The notes: generated by a model from the letters alone, not told the origin. A DNA stretch of 64,000 nucleotides from Octopus sinensis (GCF_006345805.1 NC_043002.1:83018001-83082000); one strand, 5' to 3'; shown: positions 47,140-60,250, counted from the first letter of the stretch. Numbers and translations: made by a program.

Positions 47140-49545
47140 TCTGTGAAAAAGAAGGGTCTGGAAGCTTTAGGATCTTCTGAATAGACGGAGATTTAGGGAA
47201 GTGTTATTTGAAGTATTTAGCGAAAAAGAGGAGGATATAACTACATATAACGCGGAGGGCAACTGGAGATTCCTTCGGGACAACCTGCTGAGGGCTACTG
47301 ACCAAATCTGTGGCTGATGCAAATTCCCTTCTCGACAGTGTAGTTGAGAGGGCCATTAGAGAAAAGAAACAGGCCTGAGAGGACTGGAAGTGTTGGGGTA
47401 GAAAACAGAGATAGTTAGTCAGTGGGTACACTAAAAAGGAGACATTTGCCAATGTTCTGCGACGGGAGGACCAAAGACTTGAAATGTTTCGGATTGCAAG
47501 GCAGTGTGTGAGAGAAAATCGTGATGTCATAAGAGAGAAATATGCCCGCATGGATGATGGTTCCCTTGCATTTAATGATTCTGCAATGAAAGAAGCTCGG
47601 AAATGCCATAATGAAAGGCTGCTAAATGTGGAGAATGAATGGGAGAAGGAGAACCTAACCAATGTTGATCCAGTTGAGGTACCAGCAATCCGAATTGACT
47701 GTTGCTTGATAGATAAAGCAATAAAGGATATGAAGACAGGGAAGCAGGAATCTCTGCTGAAATGCTTAAAATATCTGGCGGAGTAGGGTATAGCCTAGTC
47801 ACTCGTATAGTTAATCAGGTTGTCCACGAGGGAGTCATATTCAGCAATTGGTGTAGCAGCATTATCGTCAACTGCTATAAAGGCAAAGGTGATGCCTTAG
47901 ACACAAATAATTATAGAGGCATCAAACTGCTGGATCAGGTGATGAATGTCACAGAAAGGGTCATAGATCAATAAATTAGGAGCAGAGTTAGTGTAGATGA
48001 GATGCAGTTTGGATTTGGACCAGACAGTAGCACGATTAATGCTATATTCCTGGTTAGGCAACAACAGGAGAAATATTCAGCCAAAAAGAAACCCCTGTAA
48101 TTGGCTTTTGTTGATATGGAGAAAGCCTTTGACAGAGTCCCCTGCTCCCTTATTTGGTGGTCAATGCAAGCTAGCGATAGATGAGTTATTAGTGAGAGCA
48201 GTACAAGCCAGGTACAAGGATGCTATCAGTAAGGTGAAGGTTGACAACGAATATAGCAATGAATTCAGTGTACAGGTAGGAGTCTGCCAAGGCTCAGTTC
48301 TCACCCCCGCCTTTTTTATCCTAGTCCTCCAGACCTTAACAGAGGAATTCAAGACCGGATGTCTCTGAGTACTCACTACGCTGATTACTTCGTTCATATA
48401 GCTGAATCACTACCAGACATAGATAAGAAATTTCAGGTGTGGAAAGAAGGTCTGGAATCTAAGGGCCTTACGGTTAATTTAACAAAAGCCAAAGTCCTAG
48501 TAAGTAGGAAAACAGACAAATCACTAGTCCCTTCTGGGCGATGGTCCTTTTCGATATAGTCTTTGTGTGTGACAAATGTGCAGGTATTATAAGCACTAAA
48601 AATACGCAGACAGTACGCTCCCTCAAAAGCTCGGGTGGATCATTAGAAGTAGTCGATAGTATTTGTTACCTAGGGGACCAAGTTAGCAGTGGAGAAGGGA
48701 GCTCTGGAAGTGTAACTGTTAGGGTAAGAACAGGTTGGGCGAAGTTTAGCGAATTACCTTTGTTGGTAACTAAGAGCCTCTCCATCAGAGTGAGAAGCAG
48801 ATTGTATGATGCCTGTGTATGTACAGCTATGTTACATGGCAGTGAGTCATGGGCTTTGACTACAGAGGACTTGCAGAGGCGTTAAAAAAATGAAGCTTGC
48901 ATACCTCGCTAGATGGGTAATGTCAGTGTGCATGTGTGATAAATTATAAATGATTTAAGAGGAAAATGGAGTATAAGAGACATCAGATGTTGTTTGCAAG
49001 AGAGAACAATGTGCTGGTTTGGTTATGTGATGCGTATGGATGAGGACAGCTGCATAAAGAAGTGCCGAGCCTTAACTGTGGAGGGTACCTGTGGAAGGAC
49101 TTGACCCAAGAAGACGTGGAACGAAGTGGTGAGAAAGGATCTTCGGATGCTGGGCTTCACTGAGGAAATAACAAGGGACCGGGTGGTGTGACAATTTACT
49201 GTACTTGATAAGACACGTCAAGTTAAGTTAAACCGCTGTCTTCCACACATAGAGGCTTGTCTTTTCAGTTGCCACTTAAAAAACACGCGTGCCGGTGCTG
49301 CGTTAACGCACTCATATCGGTGTTGTATTAACGCACCCGTGACGGTGCTGCGTAAACGCACTCGTGAGGGTGACACGTAGAAAGCACCCAGCACACTCTG
49401 TTAGGTGGTTTGCGTTAGGGAGGGCATCCAGTCGTAGAAGCCATGCCACAGCAGACAGTTGGAATCCAGGGCAGCTCTCTGCTAGCCATATCAAACCGTC
49501 CAACCCATGCCAGCATGGAGACCGGACGTTAAACGATGATGATGA
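47140..49545 (+). mobile_element. RTE-clade LINE, 5'-truncated, heavily degenerate, with (GAT)n tail
   Basis: YKGKGDALDTNNYRGIKLLDQVM, AFVDMEKAFDRVP, VGVCQGSVL, AMLHGSESWAL, WFGYVMRMDEDSCIKKC; 3' end gacgttaaacgatgatgatg. Confidence 0.92.
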
Positions 49546-49631
49546 CAAGACTAATCACTGATTTGAGTAATTCTGATGGGGAGAGAGATAACAAAGAATC
49601 TATAACTCGGTGCTGAAAATTTCGAGGAATC

Positions 49632-50050
49632 TCTCTCTTTTACTCTTTTACTTGTTTCAGTCATTTGACTGCGGCCATGCTGGAGCACCGCCTTTAATCG
49701 AGCAACTCGATCCCGGGACTTATTCTTTTGTAAGCCCAGTACTTATTCTATCGGTCATTTTTGCCGAACCGCTAAGTGACGGGGACGTAAACACACCAGC
49801 ATCGGTTGTCAAGCAATGCTAGGGGGACAAACACAGACACACAAACACATACGCACACATACATATATATATATACACATATATACGACAGGCTTCTTTC
49901 AGTTTCCGTCTACGATATCCACTCACAAGGCATTGGTCGGCCCGGGGCTATAGCAGATGACACTTGCCCAAGATGCCACGCAGTGGGACTGAACCCGGAA
50001 CCATGTGGTTGGTTAGCAAGCTACTTATCACACAGCCACTCCTGCGCCTA
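49632..50050 (-). mobile_element. Full-length SINE family A
   Basis: Complete reverse complement from ttttactcttttacttgtttcagtc to cacagccactcctgcgccta. Confidence 0.92.
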
Positions 50051-51449
50051 TCGTTTTTTTTTTGTTTTTTTTTTGTTGATGAGTATTGGCAAAAGATATA
50101 ACCCCAACACATATAAAACGAGCTTCCGCGCAGTATTACTATATAAAATTCTACCAACAACCTGATGTGATGATAGAAGATAATTGACCAATATATCCCG
50201 CAGTAGGCTCGAACCAGCAATCAAGAGGTTTGAAAAATGAATTTCCATGCTTGCATTTGGAATGAATTGTTTAAAGAGCTAATCTTTCTCGTGTTTTTAC
50301 TCTTTTCTATACTAGGCACATGACCCGAAATTTTGGGGGAGGGTACCAGTCGATTAGATCGACATCTGTACGCGACTGGTACTTAATTTATCGACTCCGA
50401 AAGAACGAAAAGAAAAGTTGATCTTGGCGGAATCTCGTGTCTACATTCCCATATAAACTTTTCGTGTTATTGATTAAATTTCTCAACGGAAGATCTCAAA
50501 ATAATGTTGAGATGTATCTCTACTCGACGGAGTCGATTCATTGACAACGACCACAACTCAAACGGCAGACTGATTTCCCTAAAAGCTAGTCTAAACTTGA
50601 AATCAAAGCTATCAGCCAGTATTAATCTAACAAGTTTTAACATTTTAAATACAACTGAAAACAAAAGGAATACATTGAAACAATAGCGAGTGATAATATA
50701 ACAAGATATTTGAAGAGTTTCCCTTAGGGAATAAATAGACTTACCCTGATAAGTGTCGGTTAAAACTTTGCAGTTCTAATGTTCAAATTTGATTGATGAC
50801 GATTCACAATATCTAAAATCGTAGTTTATAGACATATATGCCCAACATTTTATACAATCGCTGTAAGCAATATCATATTGATGCTTTAGATACAAATAAC
50901 AACGCAAGCATTTCTAAAGTACCAATACGGAATATTTTCCACAATAATAAAATGAACAGTCTGCTTAGAAATTACGATATTTAGATACTCTCCTAAAGCG
51001 TGAAGTAAACAAGAAACTTACAAATATAACTTTTAGCTGAAAAGAATCAGCCTAGTAAGAATGGAATCTCAAATTCCAAATCTTCAATGGAAAACCCGAT
51101 TCCCATAAACAGAGGATGAATAATATCATTAAGTGAAAACTATTGACAAAAAAGAAAAAAAGAAGAAAAGAAAAGAAAAGAAAAAACATGAAATTCATTG
51201 CAGAGTATACATGCGATTCGAAAATCATTCGGTAACAATCCGTTATTCCTTACAACTCCCTGATGTCGATAGTTAACCAAGATAAGCCTGGTTCTCTGAT
51301 GCCTTTATTCAAATGTCTGTTAATTTTGATATATATATACATACACATTTTCAAAATGTAACCACATGTGAATCGTTGGCGATTTTTTTCCTCCGTCTTC
51401 CCTGTGGTTGGGAAGCAAGCTTCTTACCACCTTAGTAAATAATAATAGT

Positions 51450-52518
51450 AATAAGTACTGGGGTCGATTCGTTCAACTAAAATTCCTCAAGGCTGTGTCT
51501 CTGTATAGTTGCAATCTAATGACTGAAACAAGTAAAAGAGAAGATAAATGGATACATGTAATTTCGGCACTGGGCCTGAAATTTTGAGGGTGGAAGGGAT
51601 TCGACGACATAGAGTTCATTGTTCAACTGGTAGCTATTTTCTCGACTCCATAACGACAAGAGGCAAAGTCGACTTCGGCACCATTCGAACTCAGATTGCA
51701 AAGAGCAAAAAGAAAAAAAAATGAAGTAAAACCGACGCCAAAATAGCATTTTGTCCAGCTTGCTATCAACTCCACCAGCTCACCAATCTTTTCTTTTCTA
51801 CTCTATTCACAAGCGCCGAAATTTTTGAGGAGAGGGCCAGTCGATTAAATCAACCACAATCCACAACTGGTACTAAATTTATCGACCCCGAAAGGATGAA
51901 AGGCAAAGTCAACCTCGGCGGAATTTGAACTCAAAACATAATGACAGACGAATTATCGTTTATCGTTTCGCTCGGCGTGCTAACGTTTCTTATTTCTTTA
52001 TTACCCACAGGGGGCTAAACATAGAGGGGACAAACAAGGACAGACAAACGGATTAAGTCGATTATATCGACCCCAGTGCGTAACTGGTACTTATTTAATC
52101 GACCCCCGAAAGGATGAAAGGCAAAGTCAACCTCGGCGGAATTTGAACTCAGAACGTAGCGGCAGACGAAATACCACTAAGCATTTCGCCCGGCGTACTA
52201 ACGTTTCTGCCAGCTCGCCGCCTTAAGAATACATCTTTTGTTTTTTTACTTATTTCAGTCATTGGACTGCAACCATACAGGGTCACCTCCTTGAAGGGTT
52301 TGGTTGAACAATTTGATAGTTATCAACCACATATACTTGACATACATACCACGCATATTTGCCGGTAGGCTGCGATTTGGCTCTGTAGAGAATAATCTCT
52401 TAAAGCGCTGACATTCAGGTATTTTAACAATGTGGGATAAAATATCTTGCTCAAGAACAAAATACACCGCTAGGAATCGATCACTCGATCGTGAGCCGAA
52501 TACCCTAACCACTAACGT

Positions 52519-52579
<61 letters not shown>

Positions 52580-53065
52580 GATAGATAGTTAGATAGATAT
52601 CGATTTCTTTACTACCCACAAGGGGCTAAACACAGAGAGGACAAACAAAGATAGACAAACGGATTAAGTCGATTATATCGACCCCAGTGCGTAACTGGTA
52701 CTTATTCAATCGACCCTGAAAGGATGAAATGCAAAGTTGACCTCGGCGGAATTTGAACTCAGAACGTAACGGCAGACGAAATACCTATTTCTTTATTATC
52801 CACAAGGGGCTAAACACAGAGGGGACAAACAAGGACAGACATAGGTATTAAGTCGATTACATCGACCCTAGTGCGTAACTGGTACTTAATTTATCGACCC
52901 TGAAAGGATGAAAGGCAAAGTTGACCTCGGCGGAATTTGAACTCAGAACGTAGCGGCAGACGAAATACCTATTTCTTTATTACCCACAAAGGGCTAAACA
53001 CAGAGGGGACAAACAAGGACATACATAGGTATTAAGTCGATTACATCGACCCCAGTGCGTAACTA
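51450..53065 (-). mobile_element. Cluster of SINE family B copies, including a 184-bp SINE-derived tandem repeat
   Basis: Minus-strand B copies at about 51565-51790 and 51800-52225; 184-bp units start at 52602, 52786, 52970. A short plus-strand family A tail lies at about 51450-51545. Confidence 0.85.
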
Positions 53066-53452
53066 ATCAGAAAAGATCTCATCACCTTCAAACGTTTTCT
53101 GGGCAATATTTCTTCAGGGGTTACCACACAAATTATCCATACATGAATACATCTCAGTTAACAACAACTCATTACTTGAATACGTCATGATGCCACAAAA
53201 CTAGACTTAAAAATGACGAAACAGATTCTACCAGAGATAAGTCAAGCAAGATATCTAAGGCCATTAGTTCAATAGCATCTTATAATAATTCTGTTTGTCA
53301 TTCCGTTACTTAGCCGTTGGGAACGCTTTCACGTGATTAGAGAACAGGGGAAAAGAAAAGGGAAGAGAGAAAAAGAGAAGAAAAGAGAGAGAGAGAGGAA
53401 GAGTCCGTGATGTTACACATGGATTTTGGCCAATTTTTGTCTGAAATATATC

Positions 53453-53498
<46 letters not shown>

Positions 53499-54023
53499 CT
53501 TTACTACCCACAAGGGGCTAAACATAGAGAGGACAAACAAGGACAGACAAAGGGATTAAGTCGATTACATCGACCCCAGTGCGTAACTGGTACTTAATTT
53601 ATCGACCCCGAAAGGATGAAAGGCAAAGTCAACCTCGGCGGAATTTGAACTCAGAACGTAGCGGCAGACGAAATACCACTAAGCATTTCGCCCGGCGTAC
53701 TAACGTTTCTGCCAGCTCGCCGCCTTAAGAATACATCTTTTGTTTTTTTACTTATTTCAGTCATTGGACTGCAACCATACAGGGTCACCTCCTTGAAGGG
53801 TTTGGTTGAACAATTTGATAGTTATCAACCACATATACTTGACATACATAGCACGCATATTTGCCGGTAGGCTGCGATTTGGCTCTGTAGAGAATAATCT
53901 CTTAAAGCGCTGACATTCAGGTATTTTAACAATGTGGGATAAAATATCTTGCTCAAGAACAAAATACACCGCTAGGAATCGATCACTCGATCGTGAGCCG
54001 AATACCCTAACCACTAACGTTCC

Positions 54024-54071
<48 letters not shown>

Positions 54072-54927
54072 CACAGATAGATAGTTAGATAGATATCGAT
54101 TTCTTTACTACCCACAAGAAAGACAAACAAAGATAGACAAACGATTAAGTCGATTATATCGACCCAGTGCGTAACTGGTACTTATTCAATCGACCCTGAA
54201 AGGATGAATGCAAAGTTGACCTCGGCGGAATTTGAACTCAGAACGTAAAGCAGACGAAATACATATTCTTTATTATCCACAAGGGGCAACACAGAGGGGA
54301 CAAACAAGGACAGACATAGGTATAAGTCGATTACATCGACCCTAGTGCGTAACTGGTACTTATTCAATCGACCCTGAAAGGATGAAATGCAAAGTTGACC
54401 ACGGCGGAATTTGAACTCAGAACGTAACGGCAGACGAAATACCTATTTCTTTATTATCCACAAGGGGCTAAACACAGAGGGGACAAACAAGGACAGACAT
54501 AGGTATTAAGTCGATTACATCGACCCCAGTGCGTAACTAATCAGAAAAGATCTCATCACCTTCAAACGTTATCTGGGCAATATTTCTTCAGGGGTTACCA
54601 CACAAATTATCCATACATGAATACATCTCAGTTAACAACAACTCATTACTTGAATACGTCATGATGCCACAAAACTAGACTTAAAAATGACGAAACAGAT
54701 TCTACCAGAGATAAGTCATGCAAGATATCTAAGGCCATTAGTTCAATAGCATCTTATAATAATTCTGTTTGTCATTCCGTTACTTAGCCCGTTGGGAACG
54801 CTTTCACGTGATTAGAGAACAAGGGAAAAGAAAAGAGGAAGAGAGAAAAAGAGAAAGAAAAGAGAGAGAGAGAGAAGAGTCCGTGATGTTACATGGGTTT
54901 TGGCCAATTTTTGTCTGAATATATCAA

Positions 54928-54975
<48 letters not shown>
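51985..54975. repeat. About 1.5-kb tandem duplication
   Basis: 51985-53495 is repeated at 53497-54975 (ORFs 52255-52578 and 53757-54074 are near-identical); the second copy has many 1-2 nt deletions. Confidence 0.9.
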
Positions 54976-54980
54976 ATAAT

Positions 54981-55155
54981 ATATACCAATTAAGGACTGA
55001 ACACGAAAGTGGACAGTCAACATGCTAGATATAGACGTTCACCATTCACCACAAAAGATTATTGAGAACATAATCTTTTGTGGTGAATGGCGATTTGACG
55101 TCTTATCTAGCATGTTGACTGTCCACTTTTCGTGTTCAGTCCTTAATTGGTATAT
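54981..55155. repeat. About 175-bp foldback palindrome (82-86 bp arms, 7-nt loop)
   Basis: atataccaattaaggactgaacacg...cacaaaagattat-tgagaac-ataatcttttgtg...cgtgttcagtccttaattggtatat with one internal bulged region. Confidence 0.9.
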
Positions 55156-55762
55156 ATAAATATTTTAATCTTCGGATTCTTTTTTAATATGCTAGACCAC
55201 TGGTCTTAATTGATAAATATCAATTTCTACCCTTAATAATTATATATATATATATATAATAATATATAATATATATGTCTGTGTGCGTGCGTAATTATAA
55301 GATCTAAGGATTTAAGTGTAGGTAGTTAGAAAGCTTCGAGCGGCGGTGGGTATAAAAAACACGAACTTCAGGAACCATCTACACTAAATACACCTTCTTC
55401 TTTCCCCTCTCATTTTCTTTATTCCTGAACAACTTTAGAAAATTTCTCAGTCTCAACCATTCGACCTCTTCCTTTAATTTTCTTACTGACCATCTTATTT
55501 CTTCAAACATCTGTTTTCTTATCATTTTTTTTTTTATTTTCTTACTCTGATCATCTGGCTTTACCACTAATTTCAAATTATACCCTCAGCGAGTTAACTT
55601 GAGATTTCTTAACGATAATGTAACCTTCATATAATTAAAGTATTTTCGGCATGATGCGTAGCTAGTCGAGTACCCCTCGTTGGCTAATTATTACACCAGG
55701 GGACCTACCAGCTAGGAAACATACGTAGCCTGAAATTTACCTGGTCTACTCCCTCAATTTGG

Positions 55763-55797
<35 letters not shown>

Positions 55798-55819
55798 ATT
55801 ATATATATATATATATAAA

Positions 55820-56900
55820 AGAACTTACTGTGGACAAGGCTGCGTGGCGTTCGATTATAAATAATATAATAAAAAATACACATTGTGTACAGGACACCAC
55901 CAACAAGTGAAAGATACGTAAACAAACAAGAGATAAATACTGGATATCACAAACGAGTAAAAAATACGTAAATACACGAGAGGACAAAATACGAAAAGAA
56001 GATAACTCCTCATCTGTAGTCAGACTGTTTATTACTCCAATTTCGTGCTTTTAACGACAATATAGGGGAACTTCATAAGGCAGCAGCATCCATAAATTTT
56101 AAAATTATAAAATTCACGGAGGGTTAGAGCTTCGAACAACGACAGAGTAGACGTACAGAGTAAACGATCGACGAAGACAAATATTAAGGACCGTTAGGTC
56201 AAGACGAATTGCAATGGGTAATGCCTGGGAGAAATCTTTTCAAGGAAAAAGAATAATTAGAGGAGAAGAAAATTGTAGAATAGAATAATAAAAGAAAAAA
56301 TTAGTAGAAGAAAAATGTCGGGAGCCGAGAAAAGTTATACCCAAGCCGGTGAAAGTACGAATGTAACAACGCGCCAACATTTGATAACCATATAACCATA
56401 ACCCTGTAAATTTATCTCAAACAACTTCAAGAATCTTATGCAGCTTCAGGCGCCCCACCTCCTGTCCTTTACATAATCGATACCGCACAATAAAACATTG
56501 TATACAAATGCACGGTATCAACTGAAAATTCCAATTATATATTTATCGGCTCGTGCAGCACCACCTTCAAAGCCAGAGGGGGAAACCACTATTCTAGCTT
56601 CAAATCCCAAGCAAGAATTAACAGTACTTCTTTATCTCAGTTAATTCACAACCTAAAACAAAACTCAATTCCATATAATTTAAAATGGTCCATAGTTACT
56701 CATGCTGAACCGTATAACGGCTATAACGACATTGTACACAAATGCACGGCATCCAATTATATATCCATCAGCTCGAGCAGCACCACCTGAAGTCTTTTCT
56801 ATTATGCAACCCACTAATTGTTTGAACGAGTGAAATAATCTAATTTTTAATTGCAGACATAGATTATGCAACACATTCTCGACGTAGACGTAACAGCTCC
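55820..56900 (-). mobile_element. Probable degenerate Penelope-like 3' region
   Basis: Pyrimidine-rich tract and a decayed hammerhead-like core on the minus strand; two diverged copies of a ggtggtgctgc...gcatttgt motif. No clear domain, so the assignment is inferential. Confidence 0.4.
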
Positions 56901-57168
56901 GCCGTGTCATTCTCTAACTATTCCTCTGGCCCCACTTTCAGCTTCTCTACGTATTTATAAGAAACAACCTTTTAACTACCTTTATCATTTTATATCGTCA
57001 TATTCTTTATTTTTATATTCTTATTTTATTTCTTTGTCATTTTATACTTTATATTTTCTACACATTTTTATCTCCCAACACATTCTATCTGCACACGAGA
57101 ATATACAAGCGCCCATGCGCGCATACACACCTACTAGATACTATAAGCACACACACACACACACGCAG

Positions 57169-57207
<39 letters not shown>

Positions 57208-57297
57208 ATATGGGTGAACGCTAATATCCGTTTATTTAGTTCCTCCACTGATCAAAAACATTATCTTCCACTTCCCTCTCCTCTCCTCACTCTCCTA

Positions 57298-57549
57298 ACA
57301 ATGTATCCTACATTTGATTAAGTTACCTTTGGCCCGACGACAATGTATCCTACATTTGATTAAGATATCTTTGGCCCGACGACAATGTATCCTACATTTG
57401 ATTAAGTTACCTTTGGCCCGACGATAATGTGTCCTACATTTGATTAAGTTATCTTTGGCCCGACGACAATGTATCCTACATTTGATTAAGTTACCTTTGG
57501 CCCGACGACAATGTATCCTACATTTGATTAAGTTATCTTTGACCTGACG
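57298..57549. repeat. 42-bp minisatellite x6 with alternating variants
   Basis: Units at 57298, 57340, 57382, 57424, 57466, 57508; odd units gttacc, even units gatatc/gttatc. Confidence 0.95.
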
Positions 57550-57649
57550 AATAGCTAACGAAATTACCCATCGTTTGGGTAATTAGTACTTTCGAAGTTC
57601 TGTTAGCTAAGAAACAAATGTAGCCAGGATTTTATCTACATTATGGAGC

Positions 57650-60250
57650 TGTAGTGGTGTGGCGCGCGGACCTCTACAGGGCCGAGGCTCTCCGCCAACT
57701 CAATGACACCTCCTTCTACTCCCCTCTGTCCTCTAACCCCACACGTAGCTACCAACAGACGGTATCCTCTACTGTCCGCGACCTCATCTCGTCCTCCCGT
57801 CTCCCCCACACCGCATCCAACCTAATTGTGCGAACCCCACGTACCCCCACCACTTTTTACTTCCTCCCCAAATCCCAAACCCAACAACCCTGCCGCCCCA
57901 TCGTCTCCGCCTGTAACTGCCCCACGGAGCTCATCTCTAAATACCTCGACCGTGTCCTTGCCCCCCTAGTGGCGTCTCTTCCCTCCCCTCCACGATCCAC
58001 AACCATGCTCTCCGGCTTTTCAACTCTTTCTCCTTTCCTCCCGGCTCCTCCAAAATCCTTTTTACTATGGACATTCAGAGCCTCTATACCGTTATCCCTC
58101 ACCACGAAGGACTGCAGGCACTTCAACACTTTCCTCGACCTCCGCTCCAACCCTGAACTGACACCTCCACACTCATTCGTCTGGCCGAACTTGTCCTTAC
58201 TCTTAACTGCTTCTCGTTCACGGGCGAGTTCTACCATCAGATCTCGGGGGTGGCCATGGGAACGCGAATGGGCCCCAACTATGCGAACCTGTTCGTTGGC
58301 TATGTTGAGGCCCAAATATTCTCTAATTTCACTGGTCCCACTCCTGAACTATATGGTCGTTACATTGACGACATTATCGGTGCCACCTGACTCTCCCGTG
58401 AACATCTAGATTCCTTCCTCTCTTCCGTTCAATCTTTCCATCCAGCCCTCCACTTCACTTCCACTATCTCCAACACCTCTGTCTCCTTCCTCGACATTTC
58501 GGTTAGCATTCTTCACTCCACTCTTACCACCTCCATTCACTACAAACACACAGACTCACACTCATACCTCAACTTCTCTTCCTCCCACCCAGAACACACC
58601 AAGCTTTCCATCCCCTATTCCCAATTCCTCCGTCTACGTAGGCTCTGTAGTGACGACCATGACTTTGAGACTCAGTCTCAACGTATGGCTCACCACTTCA
58701 TCCTACGTGGATACCCCCTCATCACTATCCACACCGCCCTTGCCAGAGCACGTTCCGTGGACCGTGTATCTGCTCTCTCTCCCCGAACCCGCCCTGTAGT
58801 CTCCCGCCTCCCTTTTCCCCTCACTTACCATCCCACGACCCTATCTCTCCCATTCTTCGAGCTTTCCGTCATCTCCAGCCGACCCGTCCCTTCACACCTC
58901 TTCCCTAACCGACCCCTCCCCTCTTTCAAACGAGCCCATAACCTTCGAAACCTTTTGGCCCATAGCTCCTTCCCTGACCCTACCCCAAACCTGGCTCGTT
59001 CCCCTGCTCCCGCCCACGTTGGCCGCACTTGCCCTTACCTCTCCAACACACCACCCTCCTCACTGGCACCCATCATCGACCCTATCGCATCATCAACTCC
59101 TTCACCTGCACCTCCAGCAATATTATCTATTGCGTCTCTTGCTCTCTCTGCCATTCCCTGTACATCGGACAAACGGGACGCCGCTTGGCTGACCGTTCGC
59201 GGAACACCTTCGTGACATCCGCCTTGCGAACGACACACCGGTCTCACGCCATTTCCGCTCCACCGGTCACTCCTTGCAACACCTGTCTGTGTTCGGTTTG
59301 TCCTTACACAGAGGCCATCCGGATTCCCGTTTGCGCCGTGAACAGGAATTAATCTTCTCTCGTCGCTCTTATACGCCATTTGGTCTCAACTCTCCCCCCT
59401 CCTCATCAACCCCCCTCTCCCCCCTCCTCATCTAACCTCCCCCCGACCCCACTTCTCTTCAGTCCTTCATCCTTTCACCCCTACTCCTCTTCCCTACTCC
59501 TCTTCCCTTCTTCCCTCTTTCTCCCTCCCTCCTTCTTCCCTCTTCCCCTTCCCTCTTTCTCTCTGCTCCCTCACTCCCCTTCTCTCTCTCTCTCCCCCTC
59601 TCCCCTATCCTCCCTCCTCCTCTCCCCTCCTCTTCTCCTCTCCTTTCTTCTCCCCTTTCTCTCCCCTCCTCTTCTCCTCTCCTTCCTTCTCCCCCTTCCC
59701 ACTCCTCTTCTCCCCCTTCCCCTCCTCTTCTCCCCTTTCCTTCTCCCCTCTTCTCCCCTTTTTTCTCCCCCTCCCCTCTTCCCCATCCTCTCTCTACACT
59801 ACACACCATACGACTTTACACATCACATCATATTACATACCACGTACAGACCTCTCATACGCACTAATATTCTCTCATACAACACACAAACACTCTTCTC
59901 ATACACACACAACACACTCTTATGTTGGGGGCGAGGTCATTTAACCCTATTATCTCCCCTAATTTCGCTCTTGCGTCTCACGTTTGATCTTTGACTTCTG
60001 GCCGAAATCAGATCGCCATGTTGATTCGCTAGCCTCTGCACGCATTTTTTTCTCTCCTCTTTCTGTGTTTTTTCTCTGTGTATCTTTCTGTTGAAGAGCG
60101 TAGTCTCGAAACGTTAAAGACTTGTTTTATTTATATTTCCTGAGCGCCATACTAATACAATTGTTTGTTTGTATTCTACCTGCCTTCGTCTTTTGTTTAT
60201 TTCCGTAAACCTGCCTTCGTCTTTTGTCTATTTTCATAAAGCTTCCCGTT
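57650..60250 (+). mobile_element. Penelope-like element, 5'-truncated: RT + GIY-YIG endonuclease + 3' region
   Basis: YRAEALRQLNDTSFY, RPIVSACNCPTELISKYLD, FYHQISGVAMGTRMGPNYANLF, YGRYIDD (58230-58385), NIIYCVSCSLCHSLYIGQTGRRLADR (GIY-YIG); frameshifted; ends at (TA)n. Confidence 0.93.
59986..60120 (+). ncRNA. Two hammerhead-like motifs in the Penelope 3' region (one truncated, one variant)
   Basis: GATCT-TTGAC-TTCT-GGCC-GAAA-TC-AGATC (59986-60014) and TCTTT-CTGTTGA-A-GAG-cgtagt-CTC-GAAA-CGTT-AAAGA (60083-60120). Confidence 0.45.

Noticed and set aside
50745-50812. Minus-strand exon-like segment with strong splice sites
   Set aside because: Stops in all three frames; shows that such signals arise by chance here.
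57298-57549. CRISPR-like array
   Set aside because: Units are contiguous with no unique spacers, there are no cas genes, and the DNA is eukaryotic.
59380-59994. 204-aa Pro/Ser/Leu-rich ORF and its antisense Gly/Glu/Arg ORFs
   Set aside because: By-product of a pyrimidine tract that cannot contain stop codons.
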